Part shown: positions 42,013 through 51,533 of the stretch, in pieces
How positions within the stretch are numbered: the stretch's first letter is position 1
Layout of the letters: each line of letters begins with the position of its first letter
Assembly (NCBI GenBank): GCA_963674865.2
Contig: CAXXYE010000011.1
Coordinates: 128,001-192,000, forward strand
DNA length: 64,000 nt
Reading direction: 5' to 3'
Origin: Candidatus Hydrogenedentota bacterium
Lineage (GTDB): Bacteria > Hydrogenedentota > Hydrogenedentia > Hydrogenedentales > SLHB01
Translations under genes and position numbers: made by a program
Notes under the pieces: generated by a model
Told to the model about the DNA's origin: nothing
The model's database searches: none
Seen by the model: the letters and a program-made list of their open reading frames with translations, nothing else

Positions 42013-43233
42013 GTGAGCGAGTATCAGTATTTTGAGTTTCAGGCCATTGACCGTCCACTGACGGACTCGGAGATGAGAGAATTGCGGCGGTATTCCTCGC
42101 GTGCGACCATCACGCCCACCAGCTTCGTCAACGTCTACAACTGGGGCGACTTCAAAGGCGACCGGCGTGCATGGCTGGAGAAGTACTTTGACGCGTTTCT
42201 GTATGTGGCGAATTGGGGAACTCACCGGCTCGAGTTCAGGCTTCCGAAACGGTTACTCGATCCCGAGACCGTATCGGCATATTGCACTGAGGAGAGCTTG
42301 GCTTGCTATGCCAAGAGCGACTTCGTGATTGTCGCATTCGATTCGGAGGACGAATCGGGCGAGTGGGCGGAAGGCGAAGGCTGGCTGGCTTCTCTGGCGC
42401 CACTACGAACGGACCTCATGAACGGCGATCTCCGTTGCCTCTATCTCGGATGGCTTGCGGGCGTCCAAGGGAATTGGGTCTGTGAGGAGGGTTGCGATAA
42501 AGACGAGAGCGAACCGCCCGTCCCGCCGGGGCTTGGAGCGCTTAGTTCCCCCCTGCAGAGCCTCGCGGATTTCCTGCGTATCGATCCCGATTGGATTGCC
42601 GCGGCAGCGGAAGACAGCGGGGAGGCGCACGCCATGGCACTGACGCACGACGAAATCGCCAGCTGGGTGGCCAGGATGCCGCCGGAGAAAAAGGATGCGG
42701 TGCTTATGGCCTTGATTGATGGGAGCGATATGCACTCTGCAACCGAACTCAGACAACGCGCTGTCCGGGAGATTCGCAACGCCAGAAGCACCGATAGCAG
42801 CGGGCGCCTCAAACGCAATGGAAGAAGCATCGACGACCTCGCGGCCCGCGCCGACGCCATCGCGCAAGAGCGACAGGCACGGGAGGCAAAGATCCGTGCC
42901 CGCGCGAAGGCCAAGCGCGAACGGGAGGCCGCCGAGGCGCGCAAGAAACACATCGAATCGCTTGTCGGCAAGGAGGACAGCCTCTGGCCCAAGGTTCGCA
43001 GACTCATTGCTACTCGGCAACCAAAGCGTTACGACGAGGCAGTCTCACTCCTTGAGGACCTGCGGGATTTGGCGGCCATGGGCCAGCAGGATGTTGTGTT
43101 TGCGTCCCGCATGGAAGCCCTCTGCCGTGAGCACGCCAGAAAGCCGACGTTTCTTGAGAGGCTTCGGAAGGCCAACCTGATGCGCGCCTCAAGCCCGCAA
43201 GGCGACGAGCCGTCGGGAAAGCTGGAAGGCTGA
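42013..43233 (+). CDS. Conserved hypothetical protein
   Basis: MSEYQYFEFQAIDRPL..LR..SSRA.IT N-terminus, a recurrent uncharacterised family; GAGGA RBS. Confidence 0.8.
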   Translation: MSEYQYFEFQAIDRPLTDSEMRELRRYSSRATITPTSFVNVYNWGDFKGDRRAWLEKYFDAFLYVANWGTHRLEFRLPKRLLDPETVSAYCTEESLACYAKSDFVIVAFDSEDESGEWAEGEGWLASLAPLRTDLMNGDLRCLYLGWLAGVQGNWVCEEGCDKDESEPPVPPGLGALSSPLQSLADFLRIDPDWIAAAAEDSGEAHAMALTHDEIASWVARMPPEKKDAVLMALIDGSDMHSATELRQRAVREIRNARSTDSSGRLKRNGRSIDDLAARADAIAQERQAREAKIRARAKAKREREAAEARKKHIESLVGKEDSLWPKVRRLIATRQPKRYDEAVSLLEDLRDLAAMGQQDVVFASRMEALCREHARKPTFLERLRKANLMRASSPQGDEPSGKLEG

Positions 43234-43353
43234 ATCCGGAATCCCACACAATCCGGCATCCCCTACCTTGACAACCCGGGGTCAAACTGCGTATATTTGT
43301 TCGCAGATGGAAGTAATATCGGGAAATCTCGCGACAAGATTGGGGCTCATGAA

Positions 43354-44667
43354 ATGATGGAGATGATAAGAAGCATCATCCTGGACTTCCAGGAGGCTCA
43401 ACTGGAGACCGGCGTGCCCCGTCGTTTGCATGTAGAGTCGGCCCCGGGCAAAGCCACGGTATGCATTGGCGTGCGCCGGAGCGGGAAGTCCACCTTCCTA
43501 TTCCAGCTTATTCAGGCTCTGCTGGACGGCGGGGTTTCGCGACAGAACATTCTGTATCTGAATTTCTTCGACGACCGCTTACACAATTTGCGGCAGGAGA
43601 ACCTGGCTCTGATCGCCGAATCCTACTATTCCATCTACCCCGAGAAGAAGGGCGAAGAGACGATCTACTGTTTCTTCGACGAGATACAGGCCGTTCCTGG
43701 TTGGGAACCTTTTGTCGATCGCATGATGCGCACGGAGAAATGCGAGGTCTATCTCACGGGCTCCTCGGCCAGAATGCTGTCGAAGGAAATCGCTACGCAG
43801 ATGCGCGGACGAGCGTTGTCTTGGGAACTGTTCCCGTTTTCCTTCCGTGAGTTTCTTGACGGCAGAGGAGTGGACAGCGAGGGAGCCATGTCCACGAAGA
43901 AGCGGCTTCTCATCCAGAAGGCCTTTGAGGACTACTGGGTAACCGGCGGCTTTCCCGAGGTAATCGGCCTCAGCGAGAACTTGCGGATCAAGACACACCA
44001 GGAGTACTTCCAGGCTGTTCTGTTTCGTGACCTTGTGGAGCGTCACGACATTGCGCACCCGAAGGCGGTGAGCGATCTTGCCCATTGGCTGGTGGATAAC
44101 ACGGCATCGCTTTATTCCATCAACCGCCTGACCGGATATCTACAATCATTGGGGCATCATGCGCCACGGACGGCCGTGTCGGACTACCTCGAATGGTTTG
44201 AGGACGCCTACTTCCTGTTCACCGTGCAAGTATTCGACGCCTCGCTGGCACGACGCAACACGAATCCGAAGAAGATCTACTGCATCGACCACGCCTTAGT
44301 CACTTCGGTGTCGTCGGGCATGCTCATCAACTCCGGACATCTTCTGGAGAACCTTGTATTCACGGCGCTTCGGCGCAGCCATCCGGACGTCTACTACTAC
44401 AAGACGAAGACCGGCAAGGAAGTCGATTTCATCGTCCCGTTGCGTGGCCGCTCCCGACTCCTGGTGCAGGTGTGCGAGTCACTCGCCGAACCGCAGACAC
44501 GAAACAGAGAGACCACTGCCCTTAGCGAAGCGATGGCAGAACTTGGCGCCAAGACTGGGATGATCGTGACCCGCAATGAGGAGGAACAGATCGACGCCGA
44601 AGGCGGAACCATCAAGGTCGTGCCGGCATGGCGATTCCTGCTCAATATGGCGGAATCGGCGGAGTAG
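43354..44667 (+). CDS. AAA_14 / DUF4143 ATP-binding protein
   Basis: GVRRSGKS, FFDEIQ, LTGSS, GGFPE, KKIY..D, EVDF; TTGACA-N18-TATATT at 43268-43297. Confidence 0.9.
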   Translation: MMEMIRSIILDFQEAQLETGVPRRLHVESAPGKATVCIGVRRSGKSTFLFQLIQALLDGGVSRQNILYLNFFDDRLHNLRQENLALIAESYYSIYPEKKGEETIYCFFDEIQAVPGWEPFVDRMMRTEKCEVYLTGSSARMLSKEIATQMRGRALSWELFPFSFREFLDGRGVDSEGAMSTKKRLLIQKAFEDYWVTGGFPEVIGLSENLRIKTHQEYFQAVLFRDLVERHDIAHPKAVSDLAHWLVDNTASLYSINRLTGYLQSLGHHAPRTAVSDYLEWFEDAYFLFTVQVFDASLARRNTNPKKIYCIDHALVTSVSSGMLINSGHLLENLVFTALRRSHPDVYYYKTKTGKEVDFIVPLRGRSRLLVQVCESLAEPQTRNRETTALSEAMAELGAKTGMIVTRNEEEQIDAEGGTIKVVPAWRFLLNMAESAE

Positions 44668-44791
44668 TCCCCATTGTCTCAGGAGACAAACGGAAGTGCA
44701 TACGGGAAGAGCGCGAGAAGCTAAAGCGATCGTCGCATACGAAAGGGCTGTCGAGGTCGCGAACCTCATTCTCGGCAAACTGAATCGTCCT

Positions 44792-45718
44792 ATGAGGCGT
44801 ATAGTCGTTGACGACTATTCCGAGCTTCCCAGGCGAAATCTCAAAGCGGGGCAGCGCGATGTGAAGACAAGGCGGAAGGAAGTGGATGATTTTTGCCGAC
44901 AGAACTTCGTGGGTGCCTCGCTCAAGAAACTCGCAGCTTTCTATCAAGTAGTCTACGATCACGGCTCGCCGTTCCGACTGCCCCTCACGGATTTCGTGAG
45001 TCGTGTAGGTGAGCCGCGCGACGGACGACTAAAAGGCGCCCCCCTGCATTCCACGGTCTGCATATCTCCTTGGGGGCTGCAGACAGAGTTTCCTGAGATG
45101 CATCTCGGTCAAGATCTTGCCGTCGCATACAATTCCGCGCTTGACCTCAATAGGCAGATTGGGAACCTCGAAGGACAGAGACTTGGTTGGTCGGAGACGA
45201 AGAAGCGAAAGAGCGAGATAGCCGCACTCTTTTCAGAGAAGAAGTACCATATGCGGACGTGTCTCATCTGCTGTTTCAATCTGCTTGAGGCCTACATCAA
45301 CGGTCTTGCATGGGAGTATCGGCAGCGAGAGGACGTCACGCACCTGTCGAATAGCCAGAAGAAGATGCTTGAGGGAGACCAGACAAGTATTCTGAAGAAA
45401 CTCGTCGAGGTGCCAAAGATCGTTGCTGGAACCGAGAAGGCGCCTTTATCAACTGGGCAACCTCCCTTGGCGGACTTGCGCGACCTCGTCAAGCCATTCC
45501 GGGATTCAATAGTGCATGCATCTCCCTACTCTGCCCCGGAGCAGTTCGGGGGGTACGACAAGTTGTCCAAGGTGTACAGCCTTGAATTCGAGACTGTCGA
45601 AGCGGCGGTAGGCCTTTCCCTCGGGATCATCGGCATCATCCATAGATTTGCTGGTGGAGAAGGGGAATCCCCACAATGGCTTCCGAAGCGAGAAGAGGAT
45701 GGCCGCTTCGTGCCATAG
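44792..45718 (+). CDS. Hypothetical protein with a HEPN-like E...Rx4H motif
   Basis: FNLLEAYIN and FRDSIVH in a helical-looking C-terminal half; start uncertain. Confidence 0.6.
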   Translation: MRRIVVDDYSELPRRNLKAGQRDVKTRRKEVDDFCRQNFVGASLKKLAAFYQVVYDHGSPFRLPLTDFVSRVGEPRDGRLKGAPLHSTVCISPWGLQTEFPEMHLGQDLAVAYNSALDLNRQIGNLEGQRLGWSETKKRKSEIAALFSEKKYHMRTCLICCFNLLEAYINGLAWEYRQREDVTHLSNSQKKMLEGDQTSILKKLVEVPKIVAGTEKAPLSTGQPPLADLRDLVKPFRDSIVHASPYSAPEQFGGYDKLSKVYSLEFETVEAAVGLSLGIIGIIHRFAGGEGESPQWLPKREEDGRFVP

Positions 45719-45772
45719 TGTGACGTTGTGGTCTTCTGCAGGTCAAAGTTGAGTTCACACCTGGGATGCCAC

Positions 45773-46022
45773 GCAACCGGTCGCTACATCGGCGAGGGAT
45801 TCGACAATTCCCGTGTCCTGGCGTGGCACCCTCCGGCAATATGTGGGACGCTTTCATCGTCTTCATCACGACAAACTCGAAGTCCGCGTATACGACTATG
45901 TCGACCATCAAGTTCCCATGCTCATGCGGATGCTCACCAGACGTCTTCGGGGATACCGTGCCTTGGGATATGCCATTGATGGCCAAATGGTGATCCCCGA
46001 GACCGTCAATCCATCCGGCTGA
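45773..46022 (+). pseudogene. C-terminal remnant of a superfamily 2 (DEAD/DEAH-like) helicase
   Basis: ATGRYIGEGFD in one frame, then SWRGTLRQYVGR.HR...VRVYDYVD..VPML.RM...RLRGYRALGY in another. Confidence 0.75.
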
Positions 46023-46171
46023 GCGTATGGGCGTTCTTGTCGAACAGAAGAAGAGCGCTCACGGCCCTCCGCACTGCAGGAGTTGTCCAGCGTTTGTGGG
46101 CCGCAGTGTGGTAGCATGAAGCAGACGAACAGAGGGCCGAGTCTTCCCTAACATCGAACGCATATTCTGAA

Positions 46172-47731
46172 ATGGCGCACGTATTCCGAACAAGAGACAA
46201 GAGCGGAAAGCTCCATCCCAGATGGAGGTTCCAGTACATAGACTGGCAGGGCAAACGCCACACCAAGACCGGCACCAGATCCAAGAAGGAGACGGAAACG
46301 CTCGCCAAGCGTACCGAGTCGTATCACGAGGAGATTCGGTGTGGTTTCCGGCCGCCGCCGCGGGAAGCAAGCGTTGCGGAGAGACGTCCATTCGCAGAAG
46401 TCGTCAACGAGTATCTGGATTGGGGAAGGGCCCAGGGAGGGCGACGCGGAAGGCCATGGTCGACAGGCCACGCACGGATGCAGCGATCTCGCCTAACCTG
46501 GTGGCAGAAGAAGCTCAGGTTGAAAACACTCAAGGAACTGACCGGTTGTCTTGCCAGAGTCGAGAAGGTGCTTCGTGGACTACAGAAGACAGGGGCGTCT
46601 GGCAAGACCCTCAACGACTATGCTGCCTCGCTCAACAGCTTCTGCAACTGGTGCATCGATCGCGACTACATGGAAGAACATCCCCTAAAGAAACTGAAGC
46701 GCTTCGATGCCACACCGAAGACGGTGCGCCGTGCCATCACGCCGGAGGAGATCATGCGGCTCCTGGAAGTCGCCCCGGAGCATCGGCGGATTTTTTATGA
46801 GACTGCCTTCTGTTCAGGACTGAGGGCCAAGGAATTGAAGTCGCTCACGGTTCATGACCTCGACCTGCGGCGTGGGGGTCTCCATCTTCACGCGAAGTGG
46901 ACAAAGAATCGGATGGCGGGCTTTCAGCCACTGCCATCGGCAGTCTTGGAGCATCTGAACGGCTTCGTTGAATCTGGCCAAGCTGCAGCACTCTACAGGA
47001 GAAACTACATCAGGCACGACACGAAATACGAGTATCCCGAAGAGCCGTTGCTTTACGTCCCTTCGAACACATCTCGGATGATTGAGCGGGACCTGGAAGC
47101 GGCCGGCATTCCAAAGTGGACGGAGGAGGGCAAAGTCGACTTTCACGCGCTTCGCGTCTCGTATGTATCCCTTGTGGTTGAAACCGGCGCCGACCTCAAA
47201 GCTGCCCAAAGTCTCGCTCGACACACTACGCCGGAACTGACGATGAACGTCTACGCGCGCGTGCGCGGAAGCAAGCTTACTGAGGTCGCTGAAGCGGTCG
47301 GCCGGATAATCCTGCCCCTCGCGAACATTAGATTAGCAGAACGGAATTCGAGAGGCCATGTAACTCATTTATCAACAACTGGTTACACGGAATCCAGATC
47401 TGCTTCGATTCCCGCCGCCTCCACCATTAACTGTTTGCGCATCAATATGTTACGAGTGACAATTTTGGGCGCGGGAGCATTTTGGGTGAAAACACTGGGG
47501 AATCGGCAGTCTTTCGTCCCGGTTCTCTTGCCAATCCGGGCCTTTCTCAACGGGCTGTTCCGCGGGATCCACCTGAAGCGCAGTCTGACCTGCGGGGAAG
47601 ATGGGAGTACATCGGGACACCATCCTGCCGGGCGCGTTGCGGAGCACAGCGTTGCTTCACAACGGCTCTACGGATGTTTGGCCTCTGGCCGCATCTTCCT
47701 GAAAGGCCAGCATTCGCGGGGAATGTGTTGA
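46172..47731 (+). CDS. Tyrosine recombinase/integrase; ORF reads through att core 3
   Basis: Catalytic set SGLR, TKN, FHALR, LARH, MNVY; N-terminal arm-binding-like domain. Confidence 0.92.
   Translation: MAHVFRTRDKSGKLHPRWRFQYIDWQGKRHTKTGTRSKKETETLAKRTESYHEEIRCGFRPPPREASVAERRPFAEVVNEYLDWGRAQGGRRGRPWSTGHARMQRSRLTWWQKKLRLKTLKELTGCLARVEKVLRGLQKTGASGKTLNDYAASLNSFCNWCIDRDYMEEHPLKKLKRFDATPKTVRRAITPEEIMRLLEVAPEHRRIFYETAFCSGLRAKELKSLTVHDLDLRRGGLHLHAKWTKNRMAGFQPLPSAVLEHLNGFVESGQAAALYRRNYIRHDTKYEYPEEPLLYVPSNTSRMIERDLEAAGIPKWTEEGKVDFHALRVSYVSLVVETGADLKAAQSLARHTTPELTMNVYARVRGSKLTEVAEAVGRIILPLANIRLAERNSRGHVTHLSTTGYTESRSASIPAASTINCLRINMLRVTILGAGAFWVKTLGNRQSFVPVLLPIRAFLNGLFRGIHLKRSLTCGEDGSTSGHHPAGRVAEHSVASQRLYGCLASGRIFLKGQHSRGMC
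47404..47427 (+). repeat. att core 3
   Basis: 24-bp perfect copy of 34968-34991. Confidence 0.92.
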
Positions 47732-48540
47732 AGACCGCGCACGGGGATCGGAGCGAGCGTGACGTCGCCGATATCCTGCTGTCGCCATGCGCGTGTGGAC
47801 GGGCTGAGATTGCTTCGGCGGCCATCGAGCAGGACGAGCAGGGGGCGTCCGACGTCCAACCTGAGCCGGCGCAGGAAATCGATGCGCTCCTCGGTTGCGA
47901 CGGGATGCGTGACGATGCGAAAGCGCAATGTGCCGGGGCCATCGACAGCGCATATCATCGGCAAGATCGACGGTTCCGAATCTGGTTGTTCAGGCAGGAG
48001 TTTCTCGTCAAGCAAGACTATCCGGGCCTTGTTTTTCCGCGCGAGTCGCTTGACCTTGGCGTATTCCTGCAGATTCCAAAGGGCCATCTGCGATGCTTCC
48101 TCGTCGTACTGAGTGAACGTATCTGCGGCCGGTTGCGGCCCAACGAAGCCCCACTGCCGCATCCATAAAGACATCGTCATCGCGGTCACGGTGATCTGGA
48201 AGTCGCGAAGCAGCAGACGCCGAATCGCTTGGTTCGTCCAGAGCTCTTCGGCAAGCCCCACTTGCTTTGGCAGACAACTGCACACAGTCCCGAAGATTCG
48301 CCGCCGCTCAGCGTCCGTGAGCACTCCCGTTCCTGGTGGCCGCCCGCGCACTCGTGCGGCAAGTGCCCTTTCTCCGCCTTCGCGGTACGCACACATCCAC
48401 TTGGCGACGGCCGATCGGGAGACACCAAGCTCCCGAGCAACCTCTGTCTGCGGCGTGCCTTTGCGGACGCGCAGCACAGCTTTCTCGCGAAGCGCCTGTT
48501 GCTCACGCGCAGCGAGTTTCCGTCCATTGACTTCACGCAT
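47668..48540 (-). CDS. IS630-transposase-derived HTH protein, copy 2
   Basis: Colinear paralog of 36380..37279 (shared TAMT.SLWMRQWGF.GPQP, CAVDGPGTL.FR, ECWPF). Confidence 0.7.
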   Translation of the reverse strand: MREVNGRKLAAREQQALREKAVLRVRKGTPQTEVARELGVSRSAVAKWMCAYREGGERALAARVRGRPPGTGVLTDAERRRIFGTVCSCLPKQVGLAEELWTNQAIRRLLLRDFQITVTAMTMSLWMRQWGFVGPQPAADTFTQYDEEASQMALWNLQEYAKVKRLARKNKARIVLLDEKLLPEQPDSEPSILPMICAVDGPGTLRFRIVTHPVATEERIDFLRRLRLDVGRPLLVLLDGRRSNLSPSTRAWRQQDIGDVTLAPIPVRGLQHIPRECWPFRKMRPEAKHP

Positions 48541-48736
48541 TGACGGAGCATAGCGCAGTGAAGACAGTCATGTCTACTATATAATTTTGCATCATGAATC
48601 TGCGCAATTGCGCAATCGACGTTAACGCCTTACGCAAAGAAGACTTGCGGCATTTCGGCGAAAGAGCGCGAGCTATCCTGTAGAGATATACCGCGATCAT
48701 GGGGATCGCTGTTCTCGCGTAGCTGGGGGAGAGATC
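48541..48736. promoter_or_regulatory. Conserved 196-bp divergent control region, copy 2
   Basis: Identical 25-mer CATGTCTACTATATAATTTTGCATC at 48569-48593; same promoter geometry as copy 1. Confidence 0.7.
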
Positions 48737-49967
48737 GTGAACGGGGCAACGGGCAGTCGTCTGAGGATTCGGCACATAAGTCCGGGCAAACTCAAGCCTT
48801 GGGAGAAGAATCCCCGGAAACTGAAGTACGCGGTTGGGCCGGTGGTCAAGAGTATCGAGCAGTTTGGCTTCAATGTGCCCATTCTATGCAACGCAGACTT
48901 GCGTGTTATCGCGGGACACGCACGCTTGGAGGCGGCGAAGCGTCTGGGTATGGCGAGGGTGCCCGTTGCAGTCCTGCCGTTGGACGGCAACGACTGCGAT
49001 CTCTTCGCCATCGCGGAGAACAAGACGGGGGAGTTGGCGGATTGGGACACGCCGAAGCTCAAGGAGATTTTGGATGACTTGCGTTCTGAGAAGTGTGCGT
49101 TGGAGGCCCTAGGCTTCTCATCCCATGAGTTGCGCCGGTTGCTGCGCGAGGAAGAGGACAAGGAGAACGCAGTTCCGAGGCTGCCTTCAAAGGCACGTAC
49201 GGAATCGGGCACATTGTGGCGGCTGGGCAGGCATCGTCTGCTTTGCGGCGACTCATGCCTCAAGAAGACGTTCACGCGGCTGCTTGGGAAGGCAAAGGTG
49301 GACCACGTTTTCGCGGGGCCGCCCTACTTCAATCAGCGCGGCTACTCCCACTGGGACGATTACACGCGCTACCTCGAAGACATGAATGCGGTTATCGAGC
49401 GATGTCACGCCGTCTTGAAGGACGGGGCCATCGTGGTATGGAACGTGGGTAACGGTTCCGCCACAAAGCACGCGCACGTGGTCCATCATGCCGGCTTGCT
49501 CGAGGAAGACGGTTTTCGGTTTGTTGACATGATCATCTGGAAGAAGAGCGTGCCGAACTTTGCAGTTCCCCGGCACGCAAACATCAAAGGAAACAGACAC
49601 TACTACCCGGCGCATCAGTGGGAGGCGCTTCATGTTTACCAGAAGCCCGGCAGCATGCCGACGATGAACTCGGAAGGCGCCCAGTACATGTGGGAACACG
49701 CCACGGACGTTTGGGAGATTCCTATAGTCCCCCACCAACAGCGCGATTTCGGCCACAGCGCGGTGTGCTGCATATTTCGGGCGCGGCCACCTTGTGAATT
49801 CGGCTGAGCGCGGCCGGGCATGACGGTTCTGCGCGGCCGTTCATTTCGGTTGAGCACGGCCGCCGAATTCGGGCGCGGCCGCTTCTCTGGGGGAGTTTCA
49901 TCCACCACCTTCCTGGGTATGGTGTGTCGTTTTCCAGCCATGAGGGCTGGGAGTCAATCGGCACATA

Positions 49968-51533
49968 GTGCCCAGGAGTTCGAGTATGCGACGAATCAGA
50001 GAAGTGTTGCGTCAACGGTGGGAATGTGGCTTGAGCGAACGGACGGTGGCAACCAGTTGTTCGCTGGCGCGTAGCACGGTTGCCAAGTACGTCAAGCGCG
50101 CCGAGGAAGCGGGGCTGTCTTGGCCCCTGCCGGAAGGGATGGCGGACGAGGAGCTGGAGCGGTGTCTGTTCCCCCACGTCCTGTCTGAGGAGAGCGGGCC
50201 ACGATTCGTACCAGATTGGGCGGAGGTGCGCCGGCAACTCGCTCACAAGGGCGTGACGTTGCGCCTGGTGTGGGAGGAGTACAAGGAGGCCCACCCCGAC
50301 GGTTTCCAGTACACCCAGTTCTGCGTCCGCTACCGCGCCTGGCGCGAGACTTTGGACTTGCCTATGCGCCAGGAGCACAAGGCGGGCGAGAGACTGTTCG
50401 TGGACTATTGCGGGCAAACTATGCCCATCACAGACCGCAAGACCGGCGAAGTACGCCAGGCCCAAGTGTTCGTGGCGGTCTTGGGCGCGAGCAATTACAC
50501 CTACGTCGAAGGCTGTTGGACCCAGAGTCTGCCGGAGTGGATCATGGCTCACGTCCACGCTTTCGCCTTCTATGGCGGCGTCCCGGCCCTCGTGGTCTGC
50601 GACAACTTAAAGGCAGGGGTCACCTCCGCGCATCGTTACGAACCCGAAGCGAACCGCACGTACGAAGACCTTGCGGAGCACTATGGCTGCGCAGTGCTGC
50701 CCACACGGGTGCGTAAGCCCAAGGACAAGGCCAAAGCGGAAAAGGGCGTGCAGGACGTGGAGAGGCGCATTCTCGCCCCCTTACGCCATCGCACCTTCTT
50801 CTCGCTGTCCGAACTGAATGAAGCTATTGAATGGCGACTGATTCAGTACAACGAGCAGCCTTTCCAGAAGCTGGAGGGTAGCCGCCGTTCCCTGTTCGAG
50901 CAACTGGACAAACCGGCTCTCCGCCCGCTGCCGGCTGAATCTTACGAATACGCGGAGTGGAAGAAAGCGCGCGTCAACATCGACTACCACGCGGCCATCG
51001 ACGCCAGCTACTACAGCGTGCCCTACCAACTGGTGAACGAATCCATCGACGTCCGCATCACCCATACCGGCGTGGAGTGCTTCCACAAGAGCAAGCGGGT
51101 GGCCAGCCACCTGCGTCTACAGCGCAAAGGGCAATACGCCACCGTCGCGGCCCACATGCCCAAGAACCACAAGGACTACGCCCAGTGGACGCCGGAACGG
51201 CTGGTGCGTTGGGCCGAGAAGACCGGCCCTCAGACCGCCCAAGTGGTGGAGACCATCCTGCGGGCACGTCCCCACCCTCAGCAGGGGTTCCGCGCGTGCC
51301 TGGGGCTCATGCGCCTAGGCAGGGAATACGGCCCGGAACGGCTCGAAGCCGCCTGTACGCGCGCCTTGGCCACCAAGACCGTGACCTTCAGAAGCATCGA
51401 ATCCATCCTCAAGCGCAAATTGGACCGGAGGCCGCTACCTCAGAAGGCCCCGGAGAATCCTCCCGTGGAGCACGACAACATCCGTGGCCCCGAGTACTAC
51501 CGCCAAAGCGCGCAGGGAGGTGAATCATGCTGA
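49968..51533 (+). CDS. istA: IS21 transposase
   Basis: GERLFVDY, FVAVLGASNYTY, DNLK, KPKDKAKAE. Confidence 0.95.
   Translation: MPRSSSMRRIREVLRQRWECGLSERTVATSCSLARSTVAKYVKRAEEAGLSWPLPEGMADEELERCLFPHVLSEESGPRFVPDWAEVRRQLAHKGVTLRLVWEEYKEAHPDGFQYTQFCVRYRAWRETLDLPMRQEHKAGERLFVDYCGQTMPITDRKTGEVRQAQVFVAVLGASNYTYVEGCWTQSLPEWIMAHVHAFAFYGGVPALVVCDNLKAGVTSAHRYEPEANRTYEDLAEHYGCAVLPTRVRKPKDKAKAEKGVQDVERRILAPLRHRTFFSLSELNEAIEWRLIQYNEQPFQKLEGSRRSLFEQLDKPALRPLPAESYEYAEWKKARVNIDYHAAIDASYYSVPYQLVNESIDVRITHTGVECFHKSKRVASHLRLQRKGQYATVAAHMPKNHKDYAQWTPERLVRWAEKTGPQTAQVVETILRARPHPQQGFRACLGLMRLGREYGPERLEAACTRALATKTVTFRSIESILKRKLDRRPLPQKAPENPPVEHDNIRGPEYYRQSAQGGESC

Larger units (their letters stand above)
41558..47427. 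mobile_element. tmRNA island 2 (integrase-encoding)
   Basis: Between att cores 2 and 3; tyrosine integrase at the distal end. Confidence 0.85.

Noticed and set aside
41537..47427. att copies as tRNA genes or CRISPR repeats
   Set aside because: Only the T-loop/acceptor 3' half is present, the spacing is kilobases, and there are no cas genes
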